Positions 1 through 13,304 of a stretch of 64,000 nt of DNA are shown here, in pieces (within the stretch, counting starts at the first letter, position 1; each line of letters starts with the position of its first letter). The DNA comes from an uncultured Acidobacteriota bacterium (GTDB lineage Bacteria; Acidobacteriota; Thermoanaerobaculia; UBA5066; Gp7-AA6), in contig CAVTYD010000002.1 of assembly GCA_963738945.1 (NCBI GenBank), forward strand, positions 3,215,027-3,279,026, given 5' to 3'. The notes under the pieces are model-generated. The model was not told where the DNA came from and made no database searches. It was given only the letters and a program-made list of their open reading frames with translations. Position numbers and translations under genes: made by a program.

Positions 1-5034
<5,034 letters not shown>

Positions 5035-5049
5035 GCCTCTTCCGTCCTC

Positions 5050-6105
5050 TCAGCGCCTTTCGAGAGCGCGCGGCTTCCGAATGCCCAGTCGATAAAGTCC
5101 GGTCGGCGAGGCGGCGTAGAGGCTTCGCCCCGAAGCCGACAGGGCGAGCTCGGTCGGATCGAACTCGCCGATCGTGTTCGAGGCGCGCCAGCCCGCGCCC
5201 CCGTCCCGCGTTTCCCAAACCTGCGTGAAACCCGGTCCCAACGAGACCGCATAGGCGCGCGAGGGATCTCCCGAATCGAAGGCCAGCGATCGGGCGAAAA
5301 ACGGTGCCACGAGCTCCCAGCCCGTGTTCCCGTTCCAGCGGAGAAGGGCGCCGCAGAGCACGAGAATCGTCCGCAGTTGACCGGTGCCGACGTAAAGCCG
5401 GCCGAGCGCATCGAAGGCCAGAGTGTCCACGGGCGTCGGAACGAGCACGCAGGGAGGCAGGTCGGGCAGCGCGACCCACGTGTATCCCGCATCCGAGCTT
5501 CGCAGAATCGCGCCGTCCGGTCCGGCGGCATAGAGCCATCCGTCGGGGCCCGCGACCACGAGGAATCGGGTTTCCGAGCTGCGCTCGACCCAGGTCACGC
5601 CCGTGTCCTCGCTCGCGTAGAGCGGGCCGGCCCCGGTCGCGAAGTAGACGCGGAAGGCGGCCGCCGTGTCGAACACGAAGCTCCCGCCGCGGCCCTCCAG
5701 ATCGGCGACCGCGGTCCAGGTCGCTCCCGCATCGTCGGAGCGATAGATGCGCGTGGAGTAGGACGTCTCCCCCGCCGGCCGGATCGTCGTCGCGAAAACC
5801 CGCCCCGGGGCGCGCGGGTCGACGCGCACGGCGTCCGCCGTCTCGCCCGGAGAGGCCGCCAGGAGAAGTCTCCAGGAGTGACCGGCGTCCGTGCTCTTGA
5901 AGATGCCGCTCGCGGTCGTCGAGGGATTCGTCGCCGCGGCATAGAGGGATTCCGCTTCGTCGGTCGCGATGGAAATCGAGGTCACGTCGTCGAACGAGGG
6001 ACCTGCGCTCTGCCAGCCTTCGGCCTCGATCACCTGCGCCGGCGCCCGGAGCGCCAGCCCGAGGATCCCGAGCGCCGTCAGCGTGAGGGGGCGAGAAACC
6101 CGCAC
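5050..6105 (-). CDS. secreted BNR/Asp-box repeat beta-propeller protein
   Basis: Signal peptide MRVSRPLTLTALGILGLALRAPAQ. Five Asp-box motifs: STDAGHSW, SDDAGATW, SEDTGVTW, SSDAGYTW, TRDGGAGW. Confidence 0.7.
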   Translation of the reverse strand: MRVSRPLTLTALGILGLALRAPAQVIEAEGWQSAGPSFDDVTSISIATDEAESLYAAATNPSTTASGIFKSTDAGHSWRLLLAASPGETADAVRVDPRAPGRVFATTIRPAGETSYSTRIYRSDDAGATWTAVADLEGRGGSFVFDTAAAFRVYFATGAGPLYASEDTGVTWVERSSETRFLVVAGPDGWLYAAGPDGAILRSSDAGYTWVALPDLPPCVLVPTPVDTLAFDALGRLYVGTGQLRTILVLCGALLRWNGNTGWELVAPFFARSLAFDSGDPSRAYAVSLGPGFTQVWETRDGGAGWRASNTIGEFDPTELALSASGRSLYAASPTGLYRLGIRKPRALERR

Positions 6106-6181
6106 TCTTCAGAGTGTACGTCGGCCGCCCATTCCCGCCGTGGCCGGGCCGGCCGCGGGCCGGATATAGAATCCGCGCTTC

Positions 6182-6805
6182 ATGCGATTTTTTCTGGATA
6201 GCGCCAACACGGAGGAGGCCCGCCGGGTCAAGGACCTGGGTCTTCTCGACGGCGCCTGGGTGTCGATGGCCGGGGCCGAAGAGGCCGGGATCGACTACCG
6301 CAAGGCCGTCCGGGAGCTCGCGTCCTTGACGGACGGCCCCGTGCTCGTCGAGACCGAATCCGACGACCCCAAGGGGATGTACAAGGAGGGCCGCGAGCTC
6401 GCCAAGCTCGGCAAGGACATCGTCGTCCGGCTGCCGCTGCGCCCGGAGGGGATGCGCGTGGCCCGCCTCTTCGCGCAGGATCAGATCGCGACCTGCGCTT
6501 CGGGCTGCTTCTCGATGGCCCAGGGCCTGATCGCGGCCAAGGCCAGTGTGAGCTATGTCGCGCCCGCCGTGGGACCGCTCGATGACGCCGGATCGATCGG
6601 CATGGACCTCGTCGAGCAGATCATCCGCGTTTACGACAACTACGGCTTCCAGACCCAGATCCTGGTTGCGGACGCCCGAAACCCGATCCACGTCCTCGAC
6701 GCGGCCCTGATGGGTGCGGACGTTGCCGCATTGCCGGTCGACGTCCTCGAACAGCTCTTCCGACACCCGTTCTCGGAGAGCCTGCGGGCAGGGAGGCCCT
6801 CGTGA
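6182..6805 (+). CDS. transaldolase/fructose-6-phosphate-aldolase family homologue with substituted catalytic residues
   Basis: MRFFLDSAN start, DNYGFQTQIL, ALMGADVAALP and LFRHP blocks match the ~215-aa Tal/FSA subfamily. The KIP Schiff-base block reads VVRLPL (Arg codon at 6428-6430). Confidence 0.7.
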   Translation: MRFFLDSANTEEARRVKDLGLLDGAWVSMAGAEEAGIDYRKAVRELASLTDGPVLVETESDDPKGMYKEGRELAKLGKDIVVRLPLRPEGMRVARLFAQDQIATCASGCFSMAQGLIAAKASVSYVAPAVGPLDDAGSIGMDLVEQIIRVYDNYGFQTQILVADARNPIHVLDAALMGADVAALPVDVLEQLFRHPFSESLRAGRPS

Positions 6806-7068
6806 AGGTATCGGCTGACCGGATCCTTTACCTGTCCCGGGTGGTCCTGAAGGGACTCAAGGAGAACCGGAACCTCGAGCAGAAGTCCGACGACGAGACC
6901 GCCCGCCGGGCCGTGGTCCGGGAGCTCACCGACAGTTATGCGGAGCTCGACGGGCTCGAGGAAAAGGTCCGGGCGCAGCTGGCCAGGCGAAAGAACCTGT
7001 CGGAGACCGAGCGGGATTTTCAGTTTTCGAGGGCTCTCGAGGACGAGCTCCGCAAGCACGGAGCATAA
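6802..7068 (+). CDS. DUF507-family small protein
   Basis: 88 aa with a GTG start that overlaps the upstream stop by 4 bp. Pattern MKVS.DRI..LSRVVLKGL...EKVRAQL....FSRALEDELRKHG resembles DUF507 proteins as I recall them. Confidence 0.6.
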   Translation: MKVSADRILYLSRVVLKGLKENRNLEQKSDDETARRAVVRELTDSYAELDGLEEKVRAQLARRKNLSETERDFQFSRALEDELRKHGA

Positions 7069-7190
7069 TCAGACAGTAGAAATATTATAACTCGCTGAAA
7101 ACACGTATATTTATTTCATGATAACTACACTGTAATCCATGTCCATCAGCGGCTTGCCTTCCTGACCCACTGACCAATACAATTGGCTCG
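7069..7190 (+). promoter_or_regulatory. AT-rich intergenic island upstream of pdxR (probable promoter/operator region)
   Basis: 7075-7140 is strikingly AT-rich against the GC-rich background. It contains ATAACT twice (7087-7092, 7121-7126) and CCAAT-ACA-ATTGG (7174-7186) just before the ATG at 7191. No promoter was mapped. Confidence 0.3.
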
Positions 7191-8645
7191 ATGGCGGGCC
7201 AATTGGATCTCGAGCAGATCAACATCGCTCGCGGCTCGGGCCTTCCGATCGCCGAGCAGCTGTATTCCGCCATCGAACGGTGGATCGCGGCCGGAGCCGT
7301 CGACGAGAACACGCGGCTTCCGACGACTCGGGAGGTGGCCGCCGCACTCGGAATCAACCGGGGAACCGTTCAGGCCGCCTACCGCCGTCTCCAGGACGAG
7401 GGCCTCGTCTCGGGGCGCGTGGGCAGCGGGACGATCGTCCGGGCCCGGCCTCGTTCCCGGCAGGCTCCCCGGCTCGAGGAGCTCCTCTCCCGGAGGGCCG
7501 CGGAGCTGGTCGACGAGACTCCCCTTTCCGCTCGCGCTCCGTGGGTCGCCGACTTCTCGCGCCTGGCGCCGGACGAGCGCTTCTTTCCGCTGGAGGAATT
7601 CACGCGGACCCTCGCCTATGCGTGGAGCCGGCGTCGCGACCTGTGGCAGTACGCTCCCCCGCTCGGCCTCGAAGAGCTTCGTGACGAGATCTCGCGGCGG
7701 CTCGCCGAATCCGGCATCGCCCGTCCCCCCGAAGAGATCCTCGTCGTCAGCGGGGCCCAGCAGGGGCTGGACCTTCTCTTCCGGACGTTCGCCGATCCGG
7801 GAGACGTGGTCGCCGTCGAATCGCCGACCTATTCGGGGGCTCTGACGCTGGCTCGCCTTTCGGGGGTCCGTCTTCTGTCCCTCCCGATGGACCGGTCTGG
7901 TCCCGACCCTTCGCCGCTGCTCTCGAACGGCGCAAAGCTCGTCTACCTGATGCCCGAGCGGCAGAACCCGACCGGCGTGACGGCCAGCGAGGAGCGCCGG
8001 GCCGCGGTTCTCGATGCCGCCCTGTCGGCCGGCGCGATCGTGATCGAGGACGGGTTCGAGGAGCCGGAGCCCGGACGGCTGCCGCTCGCCGCACGCGAAT
8101 CGGAGCGGACCGTCTGGCTCGGAACGCTGTCGAAGGACCTCGTGCCCGGATTCCGGATCGGCTGGATCGCGGCCGCGCGTCCGATCGTCGAGCGCCTGGC
8201 CCGGATGAAGAAGGCGACCGACTTTCAGACCCCCGTGCCGCTCCAGGCGGCGGTGGCGGCGTTCCTGCGCGCCGGATCCGATCGCAAGGCCCGCGCCAGC
8301 CGCGCCGAAGAGGTGGCTCAGCGCTCGGCGGCGGCCGCGCAGAGGCTCTCGGCGGAGATACCGGGAATCGGCTGGTGGGGAGGCGAAGGATCGAACCCTC
8401 TCTTCTGGCTTCATCTGCCGGGCGGAATCTCCGGCCGGCGTGTCGCCGAGGCCGCGGCCGCGCGAGGGGTCGGCGTCTCGCCGGGCCAGGATTTCGACCC
8501 GAAGGGGGAGGACCGCGCCCACCTGCGTCTCTCCGTGTCGCGCGTCGAACGGCGGGACATCCCGACCGGAATCGCGCTGCTCGGCGAAGCCATTCGTCAG
8601 GTGCAGAGGGGATCGAGCGCGGCACTGGCCGCGCCGGTCGTATGA
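7191..8645 (+). CDS. pdxR: MocR/GntR-family transcriptional regulator with aminotransferase-like domain (PdxR-type by context)
   Basis: N-terminal winged HTH ([31 protein letters not shown]) fused to a class-I aminotransferase fold with the PLP-lysine block [16 protein letters not shown]. Sits directly upstream of pdxS-pdxT. Confidence 0.75.
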   Translation: MAGQLDLEQINIARGSGLPIAEQLYSAIERWIAAGAVDENTRLPTTREVAAALGINRGTVQAAYRRLQDEGLVSGRVGSGTIVRARPRSRQAPRLEELLSRRAAELVDETPLSARAPWVADFSRLAPDERFFPLEEFTRTLAYAWSRRRDLWQYAPPLGLEELRDEISRRLAESGIARPPEEILVVSGAQQGLDLLFRTFADPGDVVAVESPTYSGALTLARLSGVRLLSLPMDRSGPDPSPLLSNGAKLVYLMPERQNPTGVTASEERRAAVLDAALSAGAIVIEDGFEEPEPGRLPLAARESERTVWLGTLSKDLVPGFRIGWIAAARPIVERLARMKKATDFQTPVPLQAAVAAFLRAGSDRKARASRAEEVAQRSAAAAQRLSAEIPGIGWWGGEGSNPLFWLHLPGGISGRRVAEAAAARGVGVSPGQDFDPKGEDRAHLRLSVSRVERRDIPTGIALLGEAIRQVQRGSSAALAAPVV

Positions 8646-8727
8646 GGAACGATGGAAGACCGTGGATCGCGGACGGCAGAGGACGACGGCGCTCTGCCGC
8701 CTCCCTGAAGAAAGGAAGGGACGAACA

Positions 8728-9612
8728 ATGCAGATGAGCGAACAGTTCCGCTTGAAGGTCGGTCTGGCCGAGATGCTCAAGGGCGGCGTCATCATGGACG
8801 TCGTCAACGCCGAACAGGCGAAGATCGCCGAGGCGGCCGGCGCGGCGGCCGTCATGGCGCTCGAGCGCGTTCCGGCCGACATTCGTCGCGACGGGGGAGT
8901 GGCGCGGATGTCGCCGGTCTCTAAGATTCGCGAGATCCAGCAGTCGGTCTCGATCCCGGTCATGGCCAAGTGCCGGATCGGACATCTCGCCGAGGCCCGG
9001 GTGCTCGAAGCCCTGAAGGTCGACTTCATCGACGAGTCCGAGGTCCTCACGCCGGCCGACGAAGAGAACCACGTTTCCAAGCACGAGTTTTCGGTGCCGT
9101 TCGTCTGCGGCTGCCGCAACCTCGGCGAGGCGCTGCGGCGCATCGGCGAAGGGGCCGCGATGATTCGGACGAAAGGGGAGGCCGGCACCGGCGACATCGT
9201 CCATGCCGTCCGGCACCTGAGGGAGGTGCATCGGGAAATGCGGATGCTCACGCAGCTCTCGAAAGACGAGCTCATGGCCGCCGCCAAGCGCCTCCAGGCG
9301 CCGTACGATCTGGTCGTCGAGGTCGCGGAAAAGGGAAAGCTGCCCGTGCCGAACTTCGCGGCCGGGGGAATCGCGACGCCGGCCGACGCGGCGCTCTGCA
9401 TGCAGCTCGGCGCCGAGGCGATCTTCGTCGGGTCCGGAATCTTCAAGTCGGGCGATCCGGAGAACCGGGCTCGCGCGATCGTCAAGGCGACGACGCACTG
9501 GCGCGACGCCGAGGCTCTGCTCGCCGCGGAGGAATCGCTCGGCTCGGGCATGAAGGGTATCGACGCGGCGAGCCTTCCGGAGGAAGCCCAGCTCCAGACG
9601 CGCGGATGGTGA
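8728..9612 (+). CDS. pdxS: pyridoxal 5'-phosphate synthase lyase subunit PdxS
   Basis: [66 protein letters not shown] at 8728 lies within ORF 8440..9612. Confidence 0.95.
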   Translation: MQMSEQFRLKVGLAEMLKGGVIMDVVNAEQAKIAEAAGAAAVMALERVPADIRRDGGVARMSPVSKIREIQQSVSIPVMAKCRIGHLAEARVLEALKVDFIDESEVLTPADEENHVSKHEFSVPFVCGCRNLGEALRRIGEGAAMIRTKGEAGTGDIVHAVRHLREVHREMRMLTQLSKDELMAAAKRLQAPYDLVVEVAEKGKLPVPNFAAGGIATPADAALCMQLGAEAIFVGSGIFKSGDPENRARAIVKATTHWRDAEALLAAEESLGSGMKGIDAASLPEEAQLQTRGW

Positions 9613-10208
9613 TGCGGGCGGGAAGCGCGGGAGTCGCGGTCCTCGCGCTCCAGGGCGACTTCGAGGCGCATCGGAAGGCGCTCGCGGAGATCGGCGTCGA
9701 GAGCATCGAGGCGAGGCGGCCGGGGGACCTGGCGCGCGCCGGCGGCCTGATCATTCCCGGCGGCGAATCGACGACCCTGTGGAAGTTCTTCGAAGCGGAG
9801 CCCTGGGAGGACGCGTTTCGCGGGTTTGCGCAGAGCGGCCGGCCGATCCTCGGGACCTGCGCCGGAGCGATCGTGCTCGCACGCGACGTCTCGAATCCTC
9901 CGCAGAAAGGTCTCGGCCTGATCGACGTCTCGATCGAACGCAATGCCTACGGACGTCAGGTCGATTCGTTCATCGCGGAGGCCGATGCGCCGACGCTCGG
10001 TTCGGCGCTGCCGGCCGTTTTCATCCGAGCACCCCGGATTCGCCGGGTGGGCCCGGAAGTCGAGGTCCTCGCGACCCATCGCGGCGAGCCGGTTCTCGTG
10101 AGGCAGGGAAACGTCGCGGCGGCGACCTTTCATCCGGAATTGACGTCCGACCGGCGGCTCCAGCGGATGCTGTTTTCCGAGACGGCCGGCGAGAGGAGAA
10201 GCGCTTGA
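9606..10208 (+). CDS. pdxT: pyridoxal 5'-phosphate synthase glutaminase subunit PdxT
   Basis: [33 protein letters not shown] (catalytic Cys), FHPELT. Overlaps the pdxS stop. Confidence 0.9.
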   Translation: MVMRAGSAGVAVLALQGDFEAHRKALAEIGVESIEARRPGDLARAGGLIIPGGESTTLWKFFEAEPWEDAFRGFAQSGRPILGTCAGAIVLARDVSNPPQKGLGLIDVSIERNAYGRQVDSFIAEADAPTLGSALPAVFIRAPRIRRVGPEVEVLATHRGEPVLVRQGNVAAATFHPELTSDRRLQRMLFSETAGERRSA

Positions 10209-10954
10209 CGCTCGTACGCACCGACCTTCGGGACGACATCGCGATCCTGACCCTGGACCGTCCGAAAGCCAATGCGTTTTCCCCGGATCTCGTCGCCGGG
10301 CTGTCCGCGGCCCTCGCGGCGCAGACGAAGGTTCGCGGGGTCGTGCTCGCCTCCGCGTTGCCGGGGATGTTCTCGGCGGGCTGGGACCTCAAGCTCATCG
10401 TGGACCGCGACCGGGCGGCGATGGAGGAATTCGTCGCGTCCTACAGCGACCTCGTCCGGCAGATCTTCGTCTTCGGGCCCCCGATCGTCGCCGCCCTGCC
10501 GGGACACGCGATCGCCGGAGGCCTCATCGTCGCGATGGGCGCGGACGAGCGGATCGCCGCCGAGGGCAGGGGGAAATTCGGGCTCTCCGAGGTGATCCTC
10601 GGGGTCTCGGTCCCGCAGTGCCTCATGGAGCCCTTCCGGCACGTGGTCGGGCCGCGGCACATGGAGCGGCTCGCGGCGACCGGCGAGAACGTCGATGTCG
10701 AAGAGGCGAGGTCGATCGGCCTCGTGGATCGGATCGTGCCGGCCGAAGAATTGCTCGACCGGGCGGTCGAACGCGTCCGCGTGCTTTCGGGCCTGTCGGC
10801 CGCGGCCTACGCGGCGATCAAGCTGCGCTCCCGGGCGGCGGCCATCGCCCGGTTCGACCAGGCGCGCGACCACGATCCTTTTCTCGACCTCTGGTTCAGC
10901 GAAGACGCGCGATTCCGGGTCAGGGACATGGTGGCCCGGCTCTCGGCGCGGTGA
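10205..10954 (+). CDS. enoyl-CoA hydratase/isomerase (crotonase) family protein
   Basis: TTG start overlaps the pdxT stop. DIAILTLDRPKANAF, FSAGWDLK, AALPGHAIAGGLIVAMGADERIA. Confidence 0.8.
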   Translation: MTLVRTDLRDDIAILTLDRPKANAFSPDLVAGLSAALAAQTKVRGVVLASALPGMFSAGWDLKLIVDRDRAAMEEFVASYSDLVRQIFVFGPPIVAALPGHAIAGGLIVAMGADERIAAEGRGKFGLSEVILGVSVPQCLMEPFRHVVGPRHMERLAATGENVDVEEARSIGLVDRIVPAEELLDRAVERVRVLSGLSAAAYAAIKLRSRAAAIARFDQARDHDPFLDLWFSEDARFRVRDMVARLSAR

Positions 10955-12153
10955 TCTCCTCCGACGAGATCCTCGAGGCGCTCGACCTCTCCCGGGCCGA
11001 GCCCGGCGCCGGTTTTCTCGAGGCGCTCTTTGCCCGATTCAATGCGAGCGTCCCGTTCGAGAACGCCTCGAAGCTCGTGCGCCACGCGGAGATCGCGGAC
11101 CCGGAGGCAAAGCCGCGCCGGCCGGAGGTCTTCTGGCGGGATCATCTCGAGCTCGGCACCGGAGGCACGTGCTTCGCCCGGGTCGCGGCGTTCGATGCAC
11201 TGCTGACGGATCTCGGCTACCGGACGCGGCGCGTCCTCGGGCGAGTCCGCAGACCGAACGACCACGCGGCGCTCGTCGTCGAGACGAAGGACGGCGAGGT
11301 GATCGCCGACGTGGGCTTCCCCCTTCCCGTGATCCTGCCGGCCGGGGCGGCCGTGGTCGAGGCGCCGACCGTGACGCTGCGGGTCTCGCCGGCTCGAGCG
11401 GGATTCGACGTGAGCTTCGAGGGCGGAGTGCCGGAAGGCCCCCGCTCGATCTCGATCGAGTCCGCCCCGGCGCCGGCCGAGCTCTACGATCGCCTCTGGC
11501 GCGAGACTTTTCGCGAGGGTGCTCCTTTTCTCGGGGAGCTTTCCCTGCAGCGTCACCTCGGCCCGCGGATCCTGTCTTTTGCGCGCGGGGAGATTCGCGT
11601 CGACGATCGCTACTCGCGCCTGCGCGCGCCGCTTCTCGGGGCGCGAGCGGCGGCGCTGTCGACCCTCTTCGACATCGACGAGGCGCTCCTGTCGCGCGCC
11701 CTCGCGATCTCGGGCGATCCCGAACCCTCCTCGCCCGACGCGACCCTGACGGCCTATCTCGAGACGAGTGCCTCCGCCGACCGGGCGTACGAGGCGATCG
11801 GACACCCGGAGGGCTACCGCCGCCTGCTCGAAGGCCTCGGCGAAGTCGGCCCGGCGCGGGAGATTCCATCCGGGTTCCGCCTCGAGCTCTCGCCGGAGGG
11901 GGATGCGGGCTTCGCGTTCGAGGAGGACGTCGCGCCCGACCCGGCTCACCGGCGGATCCTCGTCGTGCGGCGATCCAGGACGGGGGAGCAGCGCTCGTCG
12001 TATTGTGTCCGTGAGGAGAGCGGGCGGACGTGGCTCGAGCGGGAGGCGCGGCTGACCGGAGCGCGCGAGGACCTTCTGCGCAACGACTCGCTGCGCGGGA
12101 GGCTCGCCGGAACCCTCGCTCTCGACGTGCTGGCCTGGAGCCGTCTTCTCTGA
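10951..12153 (+). CDS. arylamine N-acetyltransferase-like domain fused to a C-terminal SRPBCC/START-like domain
   Basis: GTG start overlaps the upstream stop. VPFENASK and GTGGTCFA (candidate catalytic Cys) resemble the NAT fold. The C-terminal ~130 aa look like a small ligand-binding beta-grip domain (tentative). Confidence 0.5.
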   Translation: MISSDEILEALDLSRAEPGAGFLEALFARFNASVPFENASKLVRHAEIADPEAKPRRPEVFWRDHLELGTGGTCFARVAAFDALLTDLGYRTRRVLGRVRRPNDHAALVVETKDGEVIADVGFPLPVILPAGAAVVEAPTVTLRVSPARAGFDVSFEGGVPEGPRSISIESAPAPAELYDRLWRETFREGAPFLGELSLQRHLGPRILSFARGEIRVDDRYSRLRAPLLGARAAALSTLFDIDEALLSRALAISGDPEPSSPDATLTAYLETSASADRAYEAIGHPEGYRRLLEGLGEVGPAREIPSGFRLELSPEGDAGFAFEEDVAPDPAHRRILVVRRSRTGEQRSSYCVREESGRTWLEREARLTGAREDLLRNDSLRGRLAGTLALDVLAWSRLL

Positions 12154-12169
12154 TCGCCGCGCGCCGCGG

Positions 12170-12521
12170 CTAGCAGGCTGCTGAAAAATGGATGCGGGCG
12201 TCGTGTCCGGCACTTTGCATCCGGCGCCCGTTCGAGGATGTGTCGACTCGAAACTCCATCGCGTTTGAGCGGCCGCCGGCAACTCGACCACCGAAGGCAG
12301 ACCCCCGGCCGTAGAGAACGCCGGCTCCGCCGGCGTTTACGTGCCGGCCACCCTTCGGGTTACGGCGGCGCAGGGCCATCTGCGTGAGCGTCATCGCTCG
12401 GCTCTGCTCGCGCGCCTTGACGGCGCGAGGATGCTCTCGCATCGCCGTCGTCGCGCTTCCTTGCATCGGGCCCCACGGCGCTCGTAACGCCATCCCACAC
12501 CCTTTTTCAGCAGCCTGCTAG
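12170..12521. mobile_element. MITE-like element bounded by perfect 19-bp terminal inverted repeats
   Basis: CTAGCAGGCTGCTGAAAAA (12170-12188) and its exact reverse complement TTTTTCAGCAGCCTGCTAG (12503-12521) flank 314 bp between two convergent genes. It holds only a 107-aa minus-strand ORF with no family I recognise. Confidence 0.4.
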
Positions 12522-13225
12522 AACCGGAAGGAACGCTCGGAGTCGAGCAGCCGCAGGCGCGGCTGCGAGAGCGCCGCGACCTCGCGCCGAATGCGGGAAA
12601 GCGAGGGCGGCTTCACGTGGTACAGGTAGACCGGGATCTGCTCCGGCGCCTTCGCGAGCTCGCCCGGCAGATCATGCGGCGTCAGATGGCACGAGGCGCG
12701 GGCCACGGCCGCCTGCGTGTCCGAAAACGAGACCTCGAGAAAGATCGCCCGGAGGTCGCGGACGCGACGGGCGTACTCCCACAAATGCGAGGTCGGTTTC
12801 GTGTCTCCCGAGAAGAGCACGGCGCGCCCCGGCTTCGAGACGACGTACCCGTAGGCCGGTACGACGTGATCGACGGGCAGCGCCGCGAACCAGAGACCGC
12901 CCGCGCGGAACGTCCTGCCGGCCCGGACGGGCCGGTAGGAGAGCGTGGGATGCGCACGCGAGGGAAGACGCGTGAAGTCCGGCCAGATGACTCCGTTGAA
13001 GATGTGCTGGCGCAGCGCGGCGAGCACCGGGGCCGGCGCGAGGACCTCCAGAGGCTCCCGACGCCCGTAGAGGTTCTCGAGCAGAAACGGCAGGGAGGCG
13101 ACGTGGTCGAGGTGCGCGTGGGTCAGGACCACGCGCCGGATCCGACGCTGGGCCGAAAGCGGAAGCGCCTCGGTGAGGGAGCCCGCGTCGAGCGCGGTCT
13201 CGCCGTCGAGCAGGAAGCACGTCAT
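12518..13225 (-). CDS. MBL-fold metallo-hydrolase (class II cyclic-nucleotide phosphodiesterase-like); true start uncertain
   Basis: HAHLDH zinc motif, FSGDTKP. In-frame sequence upstream of the ATG (LAVRALGPYGGSAPGYR) still looks like the first MBL strand but contains no ATG/GTG/TTG. Confidence 0.7.
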   Translation of the reverse strand: MTCFLLDGETALDAGSLTEALPLSAQRRIRRVVLTHAHLDHVASLPFLLENLYGRREPLEVLAPAPVLAALRQHIFNGVIWPDFTRLPSRAHPTLSYRPVRAGRTFRAGGLWFAALPVDHVVPAYGYVVSKPGRAVLFSGDTKPTSHLWEYARRVRDLRAIFLEVSFSDTQAAVARASCHLTPHDLPGELAKAPEQIPVYLYHVKPPSLSRIRREVAALSQPRLRLLDSERSFRF

Positions 13226-13304
13226 CCGGTAGCCGGGCGCCGAGCCACCGTAAGGCCCGAGCGCGCGGACGGCGAGCGAGGATCGAGACGCCAGCGCGAC
13301 CCTC

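Noticed and set aside
7125-7134. The 10-mer CTACACTGTA is shared by the pdxR leader (7125-7134) and the xerC leader (34842-34851, part of the palindrome CTACA-C-TGTAG) and resembles an SOS-box half site.
   Set aside because: Thousands of 10-mer coincidences are expected in 64 kb on two strands. No second half-site at proper spacing is present. The LexA motif for this lineage is unknown to me.
12170-12521. Possibility that the inverted-repeat-bounded 352 bp is a structured RNA gene (tmRNA, RNase P RNA, tRNA, group II intron fragment).
   Set aside because: I could not find the diagnostic motifs on either strand: no GAGGAAAGUCC-type RNase P core, no tRNA-like acceptor/T-arm ending in CCA, no tag reading frame, no domain V. 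This remains unproven without a covariance-model scan.
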